Shown piece after piece: positions 61,496-64,000 of a DNA stretch of 64,000 nt. Each line of letters begins with the position of its first letter. The first letter of the stretch is position 1. Under the pieces are notes generated by a model, which saw only the letters and a program-made list of their open reading frames with translations, was not told the DNA's origin and searched no databases. The position numbers and the translations under genes were made by a program. The DNA comes from Chiloscyllium plagiosum. Taxonomy: Eukaryota. The stretch is from NCBI RefSeq assembly GCF_004010195.1, contig NC_057718.1, positions 25,944,508 through 26,008,507 of the forward strand, written 5' to 3'.

Positions 61496-63262
61496 TGTTG
61501 GTCAGAGTATTGAGTACAGGAGTTGGGAGGTCATGTTGCGGCTGTACAGGACATTGGTTCGGTCATTGTTGGAATACTGCGTGCAATTCTGGTCTCCATC
61601 CTATTGGAAAGATGTTGTGAAACTTGAAAGGCTTCAGAAAAGATTTACAAGGATTTAGCCAGGGTTGGAGGATTTGAGCTATGGGGAGAGGTTGAATAGG
61701 CTAAGGCAGTTTTCCCTGGAACATTGGAGGCTGAGGGGTGATCTTATAGAGGTTTATAAAATCATGAGGGGCATAGATAGGATAAATAGACAAAGTTTTT
61801 TCCCTGGGGTGGAGGAGTCCAGAACTAGAGGGCATAGGTTTAGAGTGAGAGGGGAAAGATATAAGAACAAAGAAAAAAGAAAATTTACAGCCCGGGAACA
61901 GGCCCTTTGGCCCTCCAAGCTGGAGCCGATCCAAATGTACTGTCTAAACCTGTCGCCCAATTCCTAAGCATCTGTATCCCTCTGCTCCCCACCTACTCAT
62001 GCATCTATCCAGACGCATCTTAAATGAATCTACTGTGCCTGCCTCTATCACCTCTGCTGGCAACGCATTCCAAACGCTCACCACCCTCTATGTGAAGTAC
62101 TTGCCGCATGTATCCCCCTTAAACATTCCACCTCTCACTTGAAAGCATGACCTCTCATTATTGAGTTCTTCACCCTGGGAAAAATCTTGTCTCTATCCAC
62201 CCTGTCTATACCCTTCATGATTTTGTAAACCTCAATCAGGATCCCCCCCCCGCCCCCCATCTCACTTTTTCTAATGAAAAAAAACCTAACCTACTCAACC
62301 TCTCTTCATAGCTAGCACCTTCCATACCAGGCAACATCCTCATAAACCTTCTCAGCACCCTCTCCAACGCATTGACATCCTTTTGGTAATGTGGTAACCA
62401 GAACTGTACACAGTATTCTAAATGCGGCCGAACCAATGTCTTGTACAATTTTAACATGACTTGCCAGCTCTTATATTCAATACCCCGTCCAATGAAGGCA
62501 AGCATACTGTATGCTTTCTTGACCACTCTATCCACTTGTGCAGCAAACTTCAGGGTACAATGGACCTGCACTCCCAGATCTCTCTGCCCATCAACTTTTC
62601 CCAAGGCTCTTCCATTCATTGTATAATTCGCTCTTGAATTAGTCTTGCCTAAATGCATCACCTCACATTTGTCTGGATTGAAAACCATCTGCCACTTCTC
62701 CGCCCAATTCTCCAGTCTATCTATATCCTCCTGTATTCTCTGACAGTCCCTTATGCTTTCTGCTACTCCACCAATCTTCATGTCATCTGCAAACTTGCTG
62801 ATCATACCAACAGTGCCCTCTTCCAGATCATTTATGTGTATTACAAACAACAGTGGCCCAACACTGACCCCCGTGGAACACCACTGGTCACCTTTCTACA
62901 TTTCAAGAAATTGCCTTCAACTACTACTCTCTGTCTCCTGTTGCTCAACCAGTTCTTTATCCACCTAGCTAGAACACCCTGCACACAATGTAACTTCACT
63001 TTCTCCATTAGTCAACCATGGAGTGGTTCACTCAGAGGGTGGTACGTGTATGGAATGAGCTGCCAGAGGGAGTGGTGGAGACTGGTGCAATTGCAGCATT
63101 TAAAAGGCATCTGGATGTGTATATGAATAGGGAGGGTTTGGAGGAATATGGGCCAGGTGCTGGCAGGTGGGACTGGATTGCGTTGGGATAGCTGGTCAGC
63201 ATGGGCGAGTTGGACCGAAGGGTCTGTTTCCATGCTGTACATCTCTGTGACTTTATGACTCT
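61496..63262 (+). mobile_element. CR1/HER1 3' fragment split by an antisense CR1 (pieces 61496-61862 and about 63025-63262)
   Basis: ...GHRFRVRGERY | insert | FTQRVVRVWNELP...; tail ctctgtgactttatgactcta. Confidence 0.9.
61863..63020 (-). mobile_element. 5'-truncated CR1, same subfamily as 5999-8030
   Basis: ORF 62236-62850: SKFADDMK...LVRPHLEYCVQFW; 3' end nearly identical to 5999-6100. Confidence 0.92.
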
Positions 63263-64000
63263 ATTTGCCTCATGGACTGAAGGGAAAGCGTGGGGCTGAC
63301 CTGAAGAGGGAACTAAACCTTAGAATTCCATTGGCATTTCCTTGGCTGCTTCTGGAATCCCCTCAGGTAGCTGGTAGCCGGGGAAAGGAAATATTGTGCC
63401 CTACTGGCTGGTGGTGGGGGGTTTGGCTTAGGTCTTGTGGCAAGATCAGTGGCAGATGTTCCAAATGGAGTGATATTAGCACTTAAATAAAGATCGAGTG
63501 ATGCCTTGCCAAACTACGGTAGAGTTTCCACTTCGAATGTAATGATAAAATGGGGCATAAAATGCACCCAATGAGTGGAATTTAATCCAGGTGATAGCCA
63601 TCTTTATTGCCAGTAAGTACTCCAGTCCTCGTCCCTTTGCAAAAGCTATATCAAGTGCCAAGCTATACTGGAGCCAAGACCCTGAATATGGAAATCCCAA
63701 TCCTACCATGAATTGTGATTGGGCCTACTTAGCTGTAATAGCGAGGTGTTCCGGTATCACCAAGGGATCGAGGCCCCAGGTTGGGGAAGGCTGGAGGGGG
63801 AGTCATGAAGAAGTGGAAAGGAGGGAGGGCATCAACAGGGAGTGCAGGGGGCTTTCGGTAGCTACCACCTACTTTCCTGATATCAGGTCCTTCAGTCAGA
63901 CATCTTTGATTGAGCACCTTCCCCATAATCCTGTAAGCAGCTCTGACAGACTTTGGTTGTCAGGCTTCCCACTCAACAAGTCCCCTGCCTACTGCTATGT

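Overview
Eukaryotic, repeat-rich vertebrate DNA. The repeat complement (HER1/CR1-type LINEs, HE1-like and Deu-domain SINEs, Penelope-like elements, Rex1, Harbinger relics) points to a cartilaginous fish, probably a shark (inference). I can support one host exon: a 202-bp + strand exon at 47430-47631 with canonical splice sites. It encodes a MAM-domain segment that aligns without gaps to ALK exon 4; the paralogue LTK is not excluded. The rest of the window therefore appears to be two very large introns (at least 47 kb and at least 16 kb) filled with nested transposon remnants. Nearly all long ORFs in the track are LINE fragments, their antisense frames, or a stop-free minisatellite. The most interesting structures: (i) more than a dozen short Penelope-derived inserts, many fold-back palindromes with 11-15 bp target-site duplications (TSDs), centred on a minimal hammerhead-ribozyme-like motif (CTGANGA-A-hairpin-GAAA-NN-TH) seen in three sequence families; (ii) an RT-less, internally deleted Penelope unit bracketed by two such motifs; (iii) a CpG-rich 23-bp minisatellite that switches to a 69-bp higher-order repeat inside a non-coding element with a Rex1-like tail; (iv) a local duplication just upstream of the exon in which each copy preserves the empty site of the other copy's insertion. 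There is a 382-bp assembly gap at 21919-22300. Family assignments come from recalled motifs, not database searches, and element boundaries are approximate unless a TSD is quoted.
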